27,673 bases of DNA from Pseudomonadota bacterium (GTDB lineage Bacteria; Bdellovibrionota; FAC87; UBA2466): assembly GCA_043767805.1 (NCBI GenBank), contig JAYUGC010000120.1:1-27673 (forward strand), in the 5' to 3' direction. Made by a program: the position numbers and the translations under genes. Positions 26,628 through 27,673 of this stretch are shown one piece after another (position 1 is the first letter of the stretch; each line of letters starts with the position of its first letter). The notes below the pieces were generated by a model that was given only the letters and a program-made list of their open reading frames with translations, was not told the DNA's origin and did no database searches.

Positions 26628-27673
26628 GCGCCTTTTGGTCCTTTTACTGTTTCTTTTGCCGCTCGCTCACGCGCTCGGCGAAGGCGTTCCCTTCTCCATA
26701 GCCGGAGACGACCAGGGCGAGGACACTGCGAGCGCTCTGAAGCAGAAAGCGGTCGTAAACTACCTGCAACGCCAGATGGGCTCCCGCTACGCTTCGGTTG
26801 CCGAACAAGTGACGTCGGAGTTTGCGGAAAACTACATTCTCGATTACCAGGTCGGTAAAAAGGGCAAGCAGACGGAAGTCACCGGACATCTCGATACGAA
26901 ATCATTAATGCGCTGGGTTCGCCTTTCCGAGACGAAATCCCACACGGGCGGTGCCATCCGCACCGCGCTCGTCATCACTTCCGATTTTCCGCAGACGCCT
27001 CTTTCGGCCTCCGAGACCAACGCGCGCATCCAAGACTCTCCGGCCGCGAAAATCGTGCACGCTCTCGCGGTATCGGCGGTGGAGAAGTTCAACGTCGCTT
27101 TGACGGCCGTAGACGGCCGTTTTCCGCTCTCTCAACCGGCGCGTCCGGAAGCGGACTTGCGGGCCTTGCGCGACTACGGCGCCGCCGCCTCGGTGAACAC
27201 CATTCTTTGGGCTCATCTTGCCCCCTGCGGCTCTTGCGGCGGCGGTAAGATCAGCGTCTATTTTTATAATTTGTTTCAAGACAAGCCCGCCGTGGTGGAA
27301 AGCCGCAATTTAAAGATCGACGCGGCTCAGATGGCGAGCGGCTCGGGCTTAAAAGAGGATCTCGCGCCCGTGTTCGAGGAGCTCGGCACGAAGTTGGAGG
27401 ACGTTATTTCGAGCGGCACGCTTTCCAGCCGCGTCTACAAAGTCATCGTCGAGAACATCCGCACCTACAAAGGCTTCCGCCTGCTTCAGGAAGAAATGGG
27501 CAAAGTGGATTTCGCAGCGAAAGCGACGTTGAAGCGCACGGAACCCTTCATCGCCGAGTACGAAGTGTATAGCCCCATGTCGGCCCCGGAGCTCTCCCAG
27601 CGTTTCCAAGGAATGGATACAGCTGGTTTCCAGCTCCAAGCCGTCCGCGCCGACGCCTCCAGCGTTACCTTGA
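26614..27673 (+). CDS. Secreted hypothetical protein, possibly DUF2066-like; partial, runs off the window end
   Basis: Open frame from TTG 26614 to the end: MNSVKRLLVLLLFLLPLAHALGEGVPFSIAG...; signal peptide; host-like codon usage; overlaps the dnaE stop. Not in the ORF track. Confidence 0.75.
   Translation, partial: MNSVKRLLVLLLFLLPLAHALGEGVPFSIAGDDQGEDTASALKQKAVVNYLQRQMGSRYASVAEQVTSEFAENYILDYQVGKKGKQTEVTGHLDTKSLMRWVRLSETKSHTGGAIRTALVITSDFPQTPLSASETNARIQDSPAAKIVHALAVSAVEKFNVALTAVDGRFPLSQPARPEADLRALRDYGAAASVNTILWAHLAPCGSCGGGKISVYFYNLFQDKPAVVESRNLKIDAAQMASGSGLKEDLAPVFEELGTKLEDVISSGTLSSRVYKVIVENIRTYKGFRLLQEEMGKVDFAAKATLKRTEPFIAEYEVYSPMSAPELSQRFQGMDTAGFQLQAVRADASSVTL

Overview
GC-rich bacterial chromosomal window with densely packed genes. 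The gene style suggests a diderm delta-proteobacteria/Bdellovibrionota-like lineage, but that is inference only. From left to right: a tandem array of at least three paralogous standalone acyltransferase-3 (OafA/YrhL-like) membrane O-acyltransferases (the third is cut by the window edge and missing from the ORF track); pyruvate kinase; an orphan FliL; an OmpA-family outer-membrane protein; a fusion of a molybdopterin-oxidoreductase-like domain with cytochrome c; and a small membrane protein. Next come two divergent operons, fumC-MBL hydrolase-tandem USP and ltaE-lepB-class I fumarase. An accessory-looking divergent pair follows: a 2218-aa secreted protein (N-terminal propeller with three inserted ~65-aa repeats, 14 IPT/TIG domains in a period-3 super-repeat, 7-bladed Kelch-like propeller) and a secreted DUF2515-like protein. 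The window ends with peptidase E, replicative dnaE and a truncated secreted protein. No rRNA, tRNA, CRISPR array, transposase or integrase was seen. The most notable signals are the architecture of the giant surface protein, the acyltransferase array in which each copy carries its own extended -10 box exactly 12 nt before its ATG, and widespread leaderless or short-leader promoter geometry.
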